This document shows positions 15,680 to 32,880 of a DNA stretch of 46,786 bases, in pieces. Position 1 is the first letter of the stretch. Each line of letters starts with the position of its first letter. The stretch comes from Macrostomum lignano (taxonomy: Eukaryota), in the NCBI GenBank assembly GCA_002269645.1, contig NIVC01004415.1, forward strand, positions 1 to 46,786. Direction: 5' to 3'. Under the pieces are notes generated by a model. It made no database searches, was not told where the DNA came from, and saw only the letters and a list, made by a program, of their open reading frames with translations. The position numbers and the translations under genes were made by a program.

Positions 15680-16035
15680 CATATCTACCCCATATCTACT
15701 CTCTCCATCCTTATCTACCCCCATATCTACTTTCCCCATCCTTATCTACCCCCATATCTACTTTCCCCATCCTTATCTACCCCCATATCTACTTTCCCCA
15801 TCCTTATCTACCCCCAAATCTAGTCTGTCCAATATTATCCACCGCAATATCTACTCTCCATTACTTATCTGGCCCCATATCTACTCTCTCCATCCTTATC
15901 TAGCCCCATATCTACTCTCTCCATCCTTATTACCCCCCATATCTACTCTCTCCATTCTTATATACCCCCATATCTACTCCCTCCATTCTTATATACCCCC
16001 ATATCTACTCTCTCCATCCTCATCTACCCTCATGT
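15680..16035 (+). repeat. ~31-bp degenerate minisatellite (~11 units)
   Basis: Unit ATCTACCCCCATATCTACTTTCCCCATCCTT. Confidence 0.9.
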
Positions 16036-17099
16036 ATACTGTCTCTATTCCTATAATCCATTAGTGTCAAATATTTATATTGAATGGCCAAGCACAATAA
16101 TGTTTATAAGATACAGTATTTGAACATTTTTTTACGTTTTAATGACCAGCTTTTGGCTGTAGTTGGTCTAATTCACGTAGACTGATTGCTAGCTGCTAGA
16201 ACTCGTGGATTCTATTTGTTAATCTCTATCTGTGTAGCCCTTTGTGGTCGAGTTGCTTTAAATGAAAAAATAAAAAATAAAATATTTGAACAAAGTTTTT
16301 ATCTCCAAGTTACAGTCCTTTCGTGTAAAATCCTTCTTAGTGTGTTTAAATTATCGTTTTTTTGCATTTTTACACAATCCGCAATCAGTGCTGTAAAACA
16401 TTTCAGGTTCCCTTTGAAAAAATGAAAAAAAAATAATTTATTGATTTATTGCTTTTTTGCATTTAGACTTTCTGATGATTTGAACGCTGACTTTTTTCTC
16501 ATCCTTTTTGTTGTCAACTTTGTAATTTTCTTTCTTTTTTCAACGATATAGTGTTCGGTCTAGTCTCTGACGCCTCAATACACCTGACGCTTCCATTTTT
16601 CTGTGCGATTGAAATTCGAATTTAAAACAAAAAATATGCTCGGAATATCTGCTGCTTCAAAATAAATAATCGATTCATCGCTTTGTGCGCTTCGGTGCGG
16701 ATTGTAGTTTTCGTAAGGCTTTTTGGGAAAAATGCTGTTTTGTGCTCTTCGCGAACATTAATTCACTTTGTCTGAATCGTAGGAGTAGAATTCTTAAACA
16801 GAGCCACAACACGAGGGAAAAACCGTTAGCCCATTGTACAATTCCTCATTGACTTGAAACCGTTACCGTGACCAGAATCGCTAGTAATTGCAAACAACTC
16901 ACTAGTGACTAAGAGTCGTGTCAGCATTTAACTTTTTACTAACTCAAGCAGACTACATATAGTACACGAGAAGACATACATATAGCCCATAGTCATAGAA
17001 GCGTCCCAGAGCACAGAATGGCGAATCGGCAGTTCTCTATGAAAGCGAAGTAAATGCGCTTGCACTACTAACATTGTGAAGCTGATAAGTAGCTGTGAT

Positions 17100-19140
17100 T
17101 TTTTAAACGCAAAATTGAATTTAAAAGTTGAGCTCAAGACAGCCTTTGAAAGCTCTGAATCGTCGTTTTGACGCTGCAGTTGAATGCTGCGCTATCATTG
17201 TAATTAATTTGTTCATAACGGTGCGTGTGCAGTCATGAGCAGTAATAAGAACTGTTATAACATTGCCATGTATATGTAAGCTAAAAAACAAAAGTAACAA
17301 ACATAACAGCAGGTTCAGTTTTGGCGCTGCTAATTTGCTGATTCTGTGTGACACACCAGCATGCATGAACTCTGTCACTTCCAGCAATTTGAATTGGCGT
17401 TCCATCTCAGTGACAGCTCTGATAACTGCTCTGCTTGGGTGACTAAGCTGTCATCCCGCTTGCGCTTCAGTCGCAGGAATTGTGTTCGAATTGTTCTCCC
17501 TTCAGTTCCTGCTTGCACACCTCACACACTTGCACTCGGTTTTAAAGAAGCGGAACAGCAACCAACCGCCGACATATGCGCGCTTCTCGTGATCTACTGT
17601 AAGTCATCCGATGTAGCAAAGAGCTCATCACCTGCTTCCGTGAGATCTGAGTCACCAGTGTTGCCCTGCAGGTGGACTGGATCTGGAGCTTCTAGGCTCA
17701 CTGCAGCCTTGGATGCTCTCTGGCTGCCGAAAACCGGTGAAATCTAGTGCCCGGCGTAGTTGGGGCATCCGTACGCAGCGCACTGAAGCCTCGAAGCAGA
17801 GGCAGTCATGCAAAAACAGTATCACAATAAGCTGCGTATTCAAACTCCAGCAGATACATGTATGCCTTCGGTATTAGCACTTTTGAAGCCAAACCTAGCT
17901 TCAGCAGCACCAGCTTGGGCCATAGAGAATGCAATACAGCAAAGACCTAGCGCGATCAATAATGCATTTGACCTGCATGCTTTCACGCCACGAGCTCATG
18001 CTAGAACGCCCAAGGCATGCTGTCTATGGCACTAACTTAGAGCGCAGAGGCAGCAGAAGGCAGGGCCAGCCTAAAGGTAGTTTCTAAAAATAGCACAGTT
18101 TAAAAGGGGCGTGGGTTGGTTCTATCAAGCCTTCCTATATTCTGTGGGACAAACCCGCAATAAATGGCAAAGAATTGGTAAAGTGCCATTAAGCCTACTT
18201 AGTTTTTCTTCACAACAAGAGTAGCCACTATAGAATATCATTGTGTGATTTTCCATGCAAGAATGGCATTCTTGCACTCTTTTGCGTGCAGGAATGGATG
18301 TCTATGGTAAAATCTCACTGAAAAAGCATTAGGCGCAGAAATGCATTCCTGCACGGTTTTGTGCATTCCTGCACGATGAATCATCCGACAATGGAATTCC
18401 TTCACGTTCACTCGTGCGTGAAGGACATCGTGCACTCGTGCGCTAGCGCGCACTCGTGCAGATGTCATTCCCGCACTCGTGACCGTGCAGGAATATATCA
18501 TTCTTGTGTTCAAAAAGAAATTTTCTCAAAATGCGGGATTCGCCATTCTGTGTATATTTGTGTCCCAAAGTCGCCGATAATAAAAAGCCTCAAAGTGACT
18601 CTTAAAAATAAGTCTACCGTGATATCTCATCCTTTTAGAGTCGTCTAGAGAGTCCTTTCCTACTCTTATTTTACCTGAGGCGACGCAAGTGACTATTGGA
18701 TCAAGTCTTACGAGTAATTGATGGTCCTGGTTTGATTCAAACAATTTTCAATAGAATCGTTTACTGAATTGATGAAGTGGCGAATATAGTTACTGCTGCT
18801 GATTATAGTTCTAAACTCAACTCGCACTTGCTGACGAAGTCGACCTCACACAGAACAACACTTTCAACTGGCCTGGCTCTGAAGAAATTCTGTGTGACAG
18901 AAAACGGTCATGTCACAGACTGCATGCAGGCCTGGAGGGTAAATGGCTAGGAGTTAAACTGCTTGCTGATCTGCCCCCAGTCTGGGCCATAGACAGCTGG
19001 CAGAGTGTCTGCATGATTAAATTGAATGCCCATCTGATCAAGTAGGCTGCAGAAAGGAATACTTTAGGAGTCTTTGATCCAATTAAGCTAGAAGCTAAAG
19101 CTAAAATTGACTTGTAACTTAGCATTCACTTTATAATAGC
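17100..19140 (-). pseudogene. Heavily decayed P-element-like transposase, middle and C-terminal part
   Basis: Minus-strand fragments AYVGGWLL...CKCVRC, QFLRLKRKRDDSLVT/SRAVIRAVTEMERQF, HDCL...SVR/DAPT, NPAF(E)K and HAVCDM resemble the P/THAP9 motifs YiaGy..C..C, GgL..PS....E..F, QD.LE.fF..iR...PT and FeKM. Many stops and frameshifts; no termini found; the 18500-19140 part is weaker. Confidence 0.5.
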
Positions 19141-20016
19141 ATGCTGTCATCGCATTCAATCATAGCCGCTGTGTTTCAGCTCTACCGGTATAACAAGACA
19201 TCGATTGGCAGGTGAGTTTTTCGAAGGACTCATGTTGGAAGAATTATTTGCAATTTAAAAAAGCCAAAACAACACGTACAGAATGTCCTTTGTTTGAATT
19301 CCAAAACATTTTTTTTTCATTTCAATTAAATTATATTATGAACAATCACATTTTAAAATGAAAACATGCTGAAAATTATAAAATAACCTATTTCATATAT
19401 AACATCGAGAATTGTGCTCAGTAGCAAAGTGTATAATTATATGTACCTCAATTTCTCCCCTGATCAGTACCAATCGCGGTTTTTATCGCAGTTAAAAAAC
19501 AACAGTGACCTTCTGCAGTTCCTTTTACAATACAAGAACTTGTACTGTACCTCGACAGATGCTCTAGTCCTAGATTGAACATTTAAATCGATTTTAATAC
19601 AATGTTCTCGTACATTGTAAGCCCATTAGTGAGATTCGAATTTCGAACCATTTTACACGCGGTTTCTGAGTTCTTATTGTACTCATTGTCACCGCTAATT
19701 GACAGTTTAAGAAGAGATTTGCTTCAACATTGTTATCTCGCTACTGTTAGTAGTTGATTTTCATCTCGAGGTCACGAGACAGAGTCACCACACTCATATA
19801 GTCAATAGTTTTTTCCTGGGCGGGGGGCAGGTCCTCCGCTGTCCGCTCCCAGATGTCATTGAATTTGTACTCGGTGAAGGATTTTGCGTCCATTTAGTGC
19901 TGCGATTCATCGCGTGTACATGCAGTGTTTCTCTTTTTGCTATCAAATCATAAAAATAAAGATACAAAAATGATCCCCAAAACCTCTAGCTCTTGGATAC
20001 GCCACTTGGGACTTAC

Positions 20017-20178
20017 GATAGAAGCCCACAACCTCGCATGATCAACTAACTCATCAATGACGTCGATCGCTATCTCGAATTCCAGGCTTATCCGACGGTT
20101 GTCCGCATTGTCGCTGATTCTGCTGTCAATCATCGCCCTGAAGTTGGTCGATCTGAAGCCGAACTCGAATTTCGACAT
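20017..20178 (-). CDS. Putative first coding exon (54 aa) of an unidentified gene divergent from GH31 copy 1
   Basis: ATG at 20178 after an in-frame stop; C/G-ending codon bias; ends exactly at a consensus donor GTAAGT (20016-20011); MSKFEFGFRSTNFRAMIDSRISDNADNRRISLEFEIAIDVIDELVDHARLWASI. Downstream exons not identified. Confidence 0.45.
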
Positions 20179-21089
20179 ACTTCATGGATGGACGTTCGCC
20201 GGCTCTTTCAGGCCTGTCCAAACTGGAGACTTGGAGGAGCAGAGGGAACCTTCGGAAGAAGGATATTTACACGTGGTGCTACGAGTACCTGTCACTGTCA
20301 CAGAACAATAAGCGTACCTATTTTCCTCGTGCTAATTGTTCAATACAACTGTAAAGAATCCACTAGCGCTTATACATATATCAGTCACAGAAATTCCAGT
20401 AATTGTTCATAGGATTGGAATAACATAAAGTCATATTTTTAATGACATAATTGTTATCAGTCATGCTTACATGCCTGACGATTAAAAAGTCATGGTGGCG
20501 CTGTACACCATGTGTGAGCGTGTGTCAGTGGAGAGTCATTGTATTGGGCCAAGTTGTTGGTGTTTGCCAATGTTTCTGCCGGTTATATGTACCGTAGCTA
20601 GAGTTGTGGACGTAAGACTGCCGAGCGGGAGTCAATTGAGCAGGTAAACTCACGCCCGTAGCTACTATACGCTTGTAAAAGCTGCAGACGTACATTTTTA
20701 AAAGCGTCTCGTCGGTGGCCCTTAGTACAGATTTTCAATTTGACCTAATTGTCTACGCAACGAGTGCCGGTTTAGAGTGCTACTGATTTGCTCTGATTTT
20801 CAATTACAAGTTGAACAACGTCCTGTAATGTCACAAAAGATAAATTGATACATTTTATAGATAATCAGTTGATAATACCAAATTTAAAAGCAGACTTTGT
20901 GTCAGATAAAATTTCTTGTCAAGTTTGTCAACGCGTGTGCAGAGGGTGCTCAGCTGCGCACTGCAGCCAATAGCAAGCTGACGACAAGGAAGCCAGGGCA
21001 AACCCACATGCGCAGTTTTGGTCGCATAAAACGCGCGCAGCGGGACGCAAAGCCACTCTTTAGTTTCCAGCCGTATCTCTCGCACAGCC

Positions 21090-27814
<6,725 letters not shown>

Positions 27815-27828
<14 letters not shown>

Positions 27829-27972
27829 CTGATATAAGTGCACGCGTATTCAAGAGTGCCAGCTGGCAGTGACTGATATAAGTGCACGCGTACTCAAGAG
27901 CGCCAGCTGGCACTGACTGATATAAGTGCACGCGTACTCAAGGGTTCCAGCTGGAACTGACTGAAATAAGTG
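27815..27972 (+). repeat. 44-bp tandem repeat (~3.5 units) overlapping the GH31 stop codon
   Basis: GCCAGCTGGAACTGACTGATATAAGTGCACGCGTATTCAAGAGT repeated; also present at ~44926-45083. Confidence 0.9.
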
Positions 27973-28098
27973 GTATAAGTGTTGGCAAAGAAAAATCTAA
28001 ATTTACAATAGATGATCAGACATTTAACGTGAAGCCATTTTCCAGGACGATCAAATAATTTTCACAAGCTTGCTAGCTTTTAATTCAGCCGCAATAAT

Positions 28099-28104
28099 AA
28101 TAAA
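28099..28104 (+). terminator. Candidate polyadenylation signal of GH31 copy 1
   Basis: AATAAA about 270 nt after the stop; conserved in copy 2. Confidence 0.4.
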
Positions 28105-28357
28105 GAGTCGAGAACGCGCTGAAAAGCAATTATCTGAGCAAGGAGCCACCGTATTTGACGTTTGGCGCTGCAATGATTTTTATATTGTTACTATTATATG
28201 TTAGTCTCTAATCAAATACTTTATTAAATGAAACTTGTCGGCTTTTCTTTATTATTAATTTTCAAATAAACTACTTATAAGTCACTTGAATAAAAATCTC
28301 GTAGGAGTCATTCTATTCACGTCCCTTCCTTTGGGCTTTAATGGGCTTTGATTTATC

Positions 28358-29432
28358 ACCAATAGTGATGCTTGCAGTGACGGCAACCAATAGTGATGCT
28401 TGCAGTGACGGCAACCAATAGTGATGCTTGCAGTGACGGCAACCAATAGGGATGCTTGCAGTGACGGCAACCAATAGTGATGCTTGCAGTGACGGCAACC
28501 AATAGTGATGCTTGCAGTGATGGCAATCAATAGGGATGCTTGCAGTGACGGCAACCAATAGGGATGCTTGCAGTGACGGCAACCAATAGGGATGCTTGCA
28601 GTGACGGCAACCAATAGTGATGCTTGCAGTGACGGCAACCAATAGGGATGCTTGCAGTGACGGCAACCAATAGTGATGCTTGCAGTGACGGCAACCAATA
28701 GGATGCTTGCAGTGATGGCAACCAATAGGGATGCTTGCAGTGACGGCAACCAATAGGGATGCTTGCAGTGACGGCAACCAATAGTGATGCTTGCAGTGAC
28801 GGCAACCAATAGGGACGCTTGCAGTGACGGCAACCAATAGTGATGCTTGCAGTGACGGCAACCAATAGGGATGCTTGCAGTGACGGCAACCAATAGGGAT
28901 GCTTGCAGTGACGGCAACCAATAGTGATGCTTGCAGTGACGGCAACCAATAGGGATGCTTGCAGTGACGGCAACCAATAGTGATGCTTGCAGTGATGGCA
29001 ATCAATAGTGATGCTTGCAGTGATGGCAATCAATAGGGATGCTTGCAGTGACGGCAACCAATAGGGATGCTTGCAGTGACGGCAACCAATAGTGCTTGCA
29101 GTGACGGCAACCAATAGTGATGCTTGCAGTGACGGCAACCAATAGGGATGCTTGCAGTGACGGCAACCAATAGGGATGCTTGCAGTGACGGCAACCAATA
29201 GGGATGCTTGCAGTGACGGCAACCAATAGTGATGCTTGCAGTGACGGCAACCAATAGTGATGCTTGCAGTGAGGCAATCAATAGATGCTTGCAGTGACGG
29301 CAACCAATAGGGATGCTTGCAGTGACGGCAACCAATAGGGATGCTTGCAGTGACGGCAACCAATAGGGATGCTTGCAGTGACGGCAACCAATAGTGATGC
29401 TTGCAGTGACGGCAACCAATAGTGATGCTTGC
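28358..29432 (+). repeat. 28-bp minisatellite, ~38 units
   Basis: AATAG(G/T)GATGCTTGCAGTGACGGCAACC units. Confidence 0.97.
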
Positions 29433-30445
29433 ATCTCTCGGTCAAACGGAAAGACCAACTTTACCGCAATCACGGCTTCTACTTGTTTTTTCATAGCATT
29501 GTACATTATTAAGGTGGTTTTATAACTCATTTGGTGGTGGATTAACAAGGTTAAACGGGCACAAGCCCCCTCACCCCCATCATCTCAAATCCTCTCATTC
29601 TACATTCCTTCATTCCCCATACTCGTCTGCACCTGAAGGCTTGGTATTAGCGCTACGAGAAGAAACGTTTTAGTCTTATTTAGCCAGCGCGACATCATTA
29701 TCGGTCTCATGATCGTGAGGCAAACAAAGTCAAGCCAAGCTGTCAAGATGAGCAACAGGAAGAGGCTGGTTATTAGAGTAGGGATACTCCTAATATATGA
29801 GTAAGCAGCAATTTTTTCAATAATATATTTTCCAGGCTAGGTTGCGCAGAAACGAAAATAGAAAAGCAAAAAGGAAGTAATAAATTTTATTACCATTCGA
29901 AACTGTACTGACTGAGAAAAGAAAACAGCTGCTGCTGCAGAACTCAGAAGCAAGTGACGAGCACACATTCTTTTAGGAAAACAAAAAACAGTACGATAGA
30001 CACCCAAAAATTGTCTTGAGCAAGTCAAAAGGAAACATTCACTAATGGTTCTAGGGTACCTAACATGAGAAACGAGAATTGGAACAATGGAAGTCACATC
30101 CGATCCAGCACGATCCCAAAGTACCTAAGGTAAGCTTTGGAAACTGATTAAGTTCAGGCTAAGCTTTCTGCACAAATATGCACTCATAGCCGTTCATAGC
30201 CACATGAAATTCTGCTTTTGAGGCAATTGCGTAATCCAAGTCAAATCTATAACATAAAGAAATGACCAATTTAAAATTTGTTAAAAGTACTATGAGACTT
30301 ACAGTGCGGAGCTCTTTTCTATGAGAATTCTGCTAATAAAAACCCAACTCTCGCTGTGAAAAAGTACCCATTTAACTAGTTTATAAGGTGTAAAAGATCT
30401 TAGCCATCAATATCATCTAGTGAGCTCCCGGAACTGCAAGTTGCA

Positions 30446-31600
30446 TCAACCATTCCTAGCAACTTGAGCCAAAAAGTCGTTTCTAACCCACAGTCCGTCC
30501 CATTCGTTGAATGTAGAGATGTTCTGCACTCGGAAGCTACTCATGGACAGCAGAGAGAAGTTCCTCGAGGTCATGAAGCGCGTTACAAACTCGTAATATT
30601 TGGACGATTGCGGTCGCTGGCCGAGCTTCCGCCAGAACTCCATCTGCAGCGCCATGACATTGAGCTCTCGAAACAGCCTCTCGCCAGTCTTCATGAACAG
30701 GTGCTCACCGGACTCGATGTCCATCTTGACGACCACATTCTTGGTGCCGATGTGCGCTCTAAGCTCGTCCGCTTTGACAGTCATCACGGGAATCGTGTCC
30801 TCGATTAACTTCGTGACCTGCCGTTTCCAGTCAGCCAATCCGACTGAGCCGCTTCCAGCGTGGCAGCCAAAGTCGTCTGCGTTATAGCTGATCCGTTTGA
30901 GCGCCACGTCGTCGCTGATGAAGCCCCAGAAGAGCCTCAGCTTGTCGTCAAGCAAGTTCAGCCGCTTCGCTGACATTTGCAGCCTGACCAGTGTGCGGAT
31001 GTTTGCATCGATGGCCACCACGGGATACCCGAGCTCTCTGGCCTGCAGGCTGTAGATGCCAAGGTTGCTGCCGATATCGAGGAACGTCCCAGTGTTTTTG
31101 GGAAGCTTCTTTAACAAGTTGAGCATGGTCCGAATAGAGCTTGTTTCCCATTCGCTGTGTTTTAGCATATGCGCGGAAATCATGTCCTCCTTGCCGAAGG
31201 TGAATAGCGGCATTAATGGGCCACCCATCGCTCGGGTCACGTTGGCCACAGGAGACCCTTGTCTGACAATGGTGTACATCTGCTGTGGTAAGTTCCTGTT
31301 CAGCTCGCACAGGGGAAACTGGCCCCTGACTAACTGGTAGGCCGGCGTCTCCTGACACAGCCGGTGCCGCAGGCTGGGCTTCCTGAAGTCGACGTTGCGG
31401 AGCTCGTTGTACGGGGGGCAGTTTTTGACCATTTCGACATCGCTTAGCGTTGGCAGCGACTTTGCAGCGGTGCGGCCTTTGCCTTTGCGAATGAATTTTA
31501 ACTTTGAAGCGGTCAAACTGTTGGACCGGAATAGAGACGCCACCACAATCAAAAGAACTGTAGCGCAGGACAGCAGAATTAGATATTGCTTTGCTCTCAT
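30446..31600 (-). CDS. FkbM-family (Methyltransf_21) SAM-dependent methyltransferase with N-terminal signal-anchor, intronless, 384 aa
   Basis: Uninterrupted ORF; SAM-binding motif I FLDIGSNLGIYSL, then VVAIDAN, and the FkbM-type VVKMDIESGEH motif; short basic N-terminus plus hydrophobic YLILLSCATVLLIVVASLF, indicating type II membrane topology. Confidence 0.85.
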   Translation of the reverse strand: MRAKQYLILLSCATVLLIVVASLFRSNSLTASKLKFIRKGKGRTAAKSLPTLSDVEMVKNCPPYNELRNVDFRKPSLRHRLCQETPAYQLVRGQFPLCELNRNLPQQMYTIVRQGSPVANVTRAMGGPLMPLFTFGKEDMISAHMLKHSEWETSSIRTMLNLLKKLPKNTGTFLDIGSNLGIYSLQARELGYPVVAIDANIRTLVRLQMSAKRLNLLDDKLRLFWGFISDDVALKRISYNADDFGCHAGSGSVGLADWKRQVTKLIEDTIPVMTVKADELRAHIGTKNVVVKMDIESGEHLFMKTGERLFRELNVMALQMEFWRKLGQRPQSSKYYEFVTRFMTSRNFSLLSMSSFRVQNISTFNEWDGLWVRNDFLAQVARNG

Positions 31601-32268
31601 GGCATTGACTAGTACGGGCTTTGGAGCAGAACAGAGTTATTGCATTTAGTCACAGCTTACTTTCTTGCTCACACTGGCGCTGGGGGTTTCGAGACAGACC
31701 AGTCCAGCTTATATGCATAGAGATCCTCTGATCCTCAGCAACGCAGCCCCACCCTGATTGCCCAGCCAACTAAAATTGATCCGACTTCAGAAGTCAGGGT
31801 GCTTGAAAGAGTGGACACGATCGTACAGTTTATAAAGTCTTTTCCGTTGGGACTATATGAAACAGAGGTATGGACCACCAGACTGTGGATACTGAATATC
31901 GGATAGTAGAACAATGATTGGCACACGTCTACCATTGTGCTTGTTTAATGCTGGCTAGCTATGGAAAATATGAGTAGAGTGGGAAGAAAGGCAACTCGTT
32001 GTGTGCAGTTTGAGCACATTTGTTGCTAAGTCTTCCCATGTCTTGCTAAAATTGTCTCAACTGAGCCATTGAATTCTGATTATCTGACTGGATGTGAAGG
32101 CTTTTTGTGAGGGAAAAAGCGTACACAACCCGGCCAACTGAAACTGGGCCAAGAGAGGGGGCGTGAATGCGTCCCCTCACAAAGTCGGGACTAAGGTCTT
32201 GGGACTCTGAGTTCATCTACTCGCATTTGCGCCCTGGACTCTCCCCCACATTTTTAACTTCATATTTT

Positions 32269-32654
32269 GTTGTTGTTAAACGGGGGTGGGAAGCTACGGG
32301 GCTACCCGCGGATCAGCCCTTGGAGGGGCTCTACCGCAAGAGGGCACTGTCCAGGGGCACAGATAAAACTGTGTACCCGAGATACCCGCTCGGAGTCCGA
32401 GTCACCAATTTAGTTGGGCCCCAGCTTAAGCTAGGGAAAGAGCGAGGGACTTCAAGCCTACGGTACAAGACACCGCCAACCCAACAGTGGAATCAGGGAC
32501 GGTGCTAGGACGAGTCCACCCAGGCTACCCCAGCAGAAGGTCCTCGGGAGTGTGCGAAAAACAGAATTGGATTATTACCGAAAAGCCGTCCAAGAGCGGG
32601 AAACCCAGAAGTCTTGGAAAGGGCTAACTATTGGAGTGAGTCTGGAAGGCTTCA
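32269..32654 (-). mobile_element. 5'-truncated non-LTR retroposon 3' end (LINE/SINE-like, 386 bp)
   Basis: Flanked by a 14-bp direct repeat TAACTTCATATTTT (32255-32268 and 32655-32668); minus-strand 3' end is an (AAC)3 tail; GC-rich, hairpin-rich body. Clade not determined. Confidence 0.65.
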
Positions 32655-32789
32655 TAACTTCATATTTTAGGGAAGAAGACGTTGAAATTGGTCTTCTGCT
32701 TTTCACATGATGGCTGGAACCTAATAAATTTACAGTTAATTTTCGTGTGCTCGGACCCTGTAGCATAAAATCTCATTCCCATGCTAAGG

Positions 32790-32880
32790 GGGTGATGCTG
32801 AGGGGGAATGATGCTGAGGGGAATGATGCTGAGGGGAATGATGTTGAGGGGGAATGATGCTAAAGGGAATTCTGCTAAGG
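32790..32880 (+). repeat. ~15-bp tandem repeat GATGCTGAGGGGAAT (~5-6 units)
   Basis: Directly visible. Confidence 0.85.

Noticed and set aside
20057-20311. Plus-strand ORF with a hydrophobic stretch (and its copy 36958..37296)
   Set aside because: Antisense shadow of the minus-strand exon, which has the better codon bias and a consensus splice donor.
29633-29667. Hammerhead-ribozyme-like CTGAAGG...GAAAC (also near 46683)
   Set aside because: Core deviates from CUGANGA, helix II does not close directly onto GAAA, and no helix I/III pairing was found; an Rfam cmscan would settle it.
30464-31649. Plus-strand ORFs overlapping the FkbM gene, and similar antisense ORFs over GH31, RPS23 and the low-complexity gene
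   Set aside because: Shadow frames of GC-biased coding sequence with no independent features.
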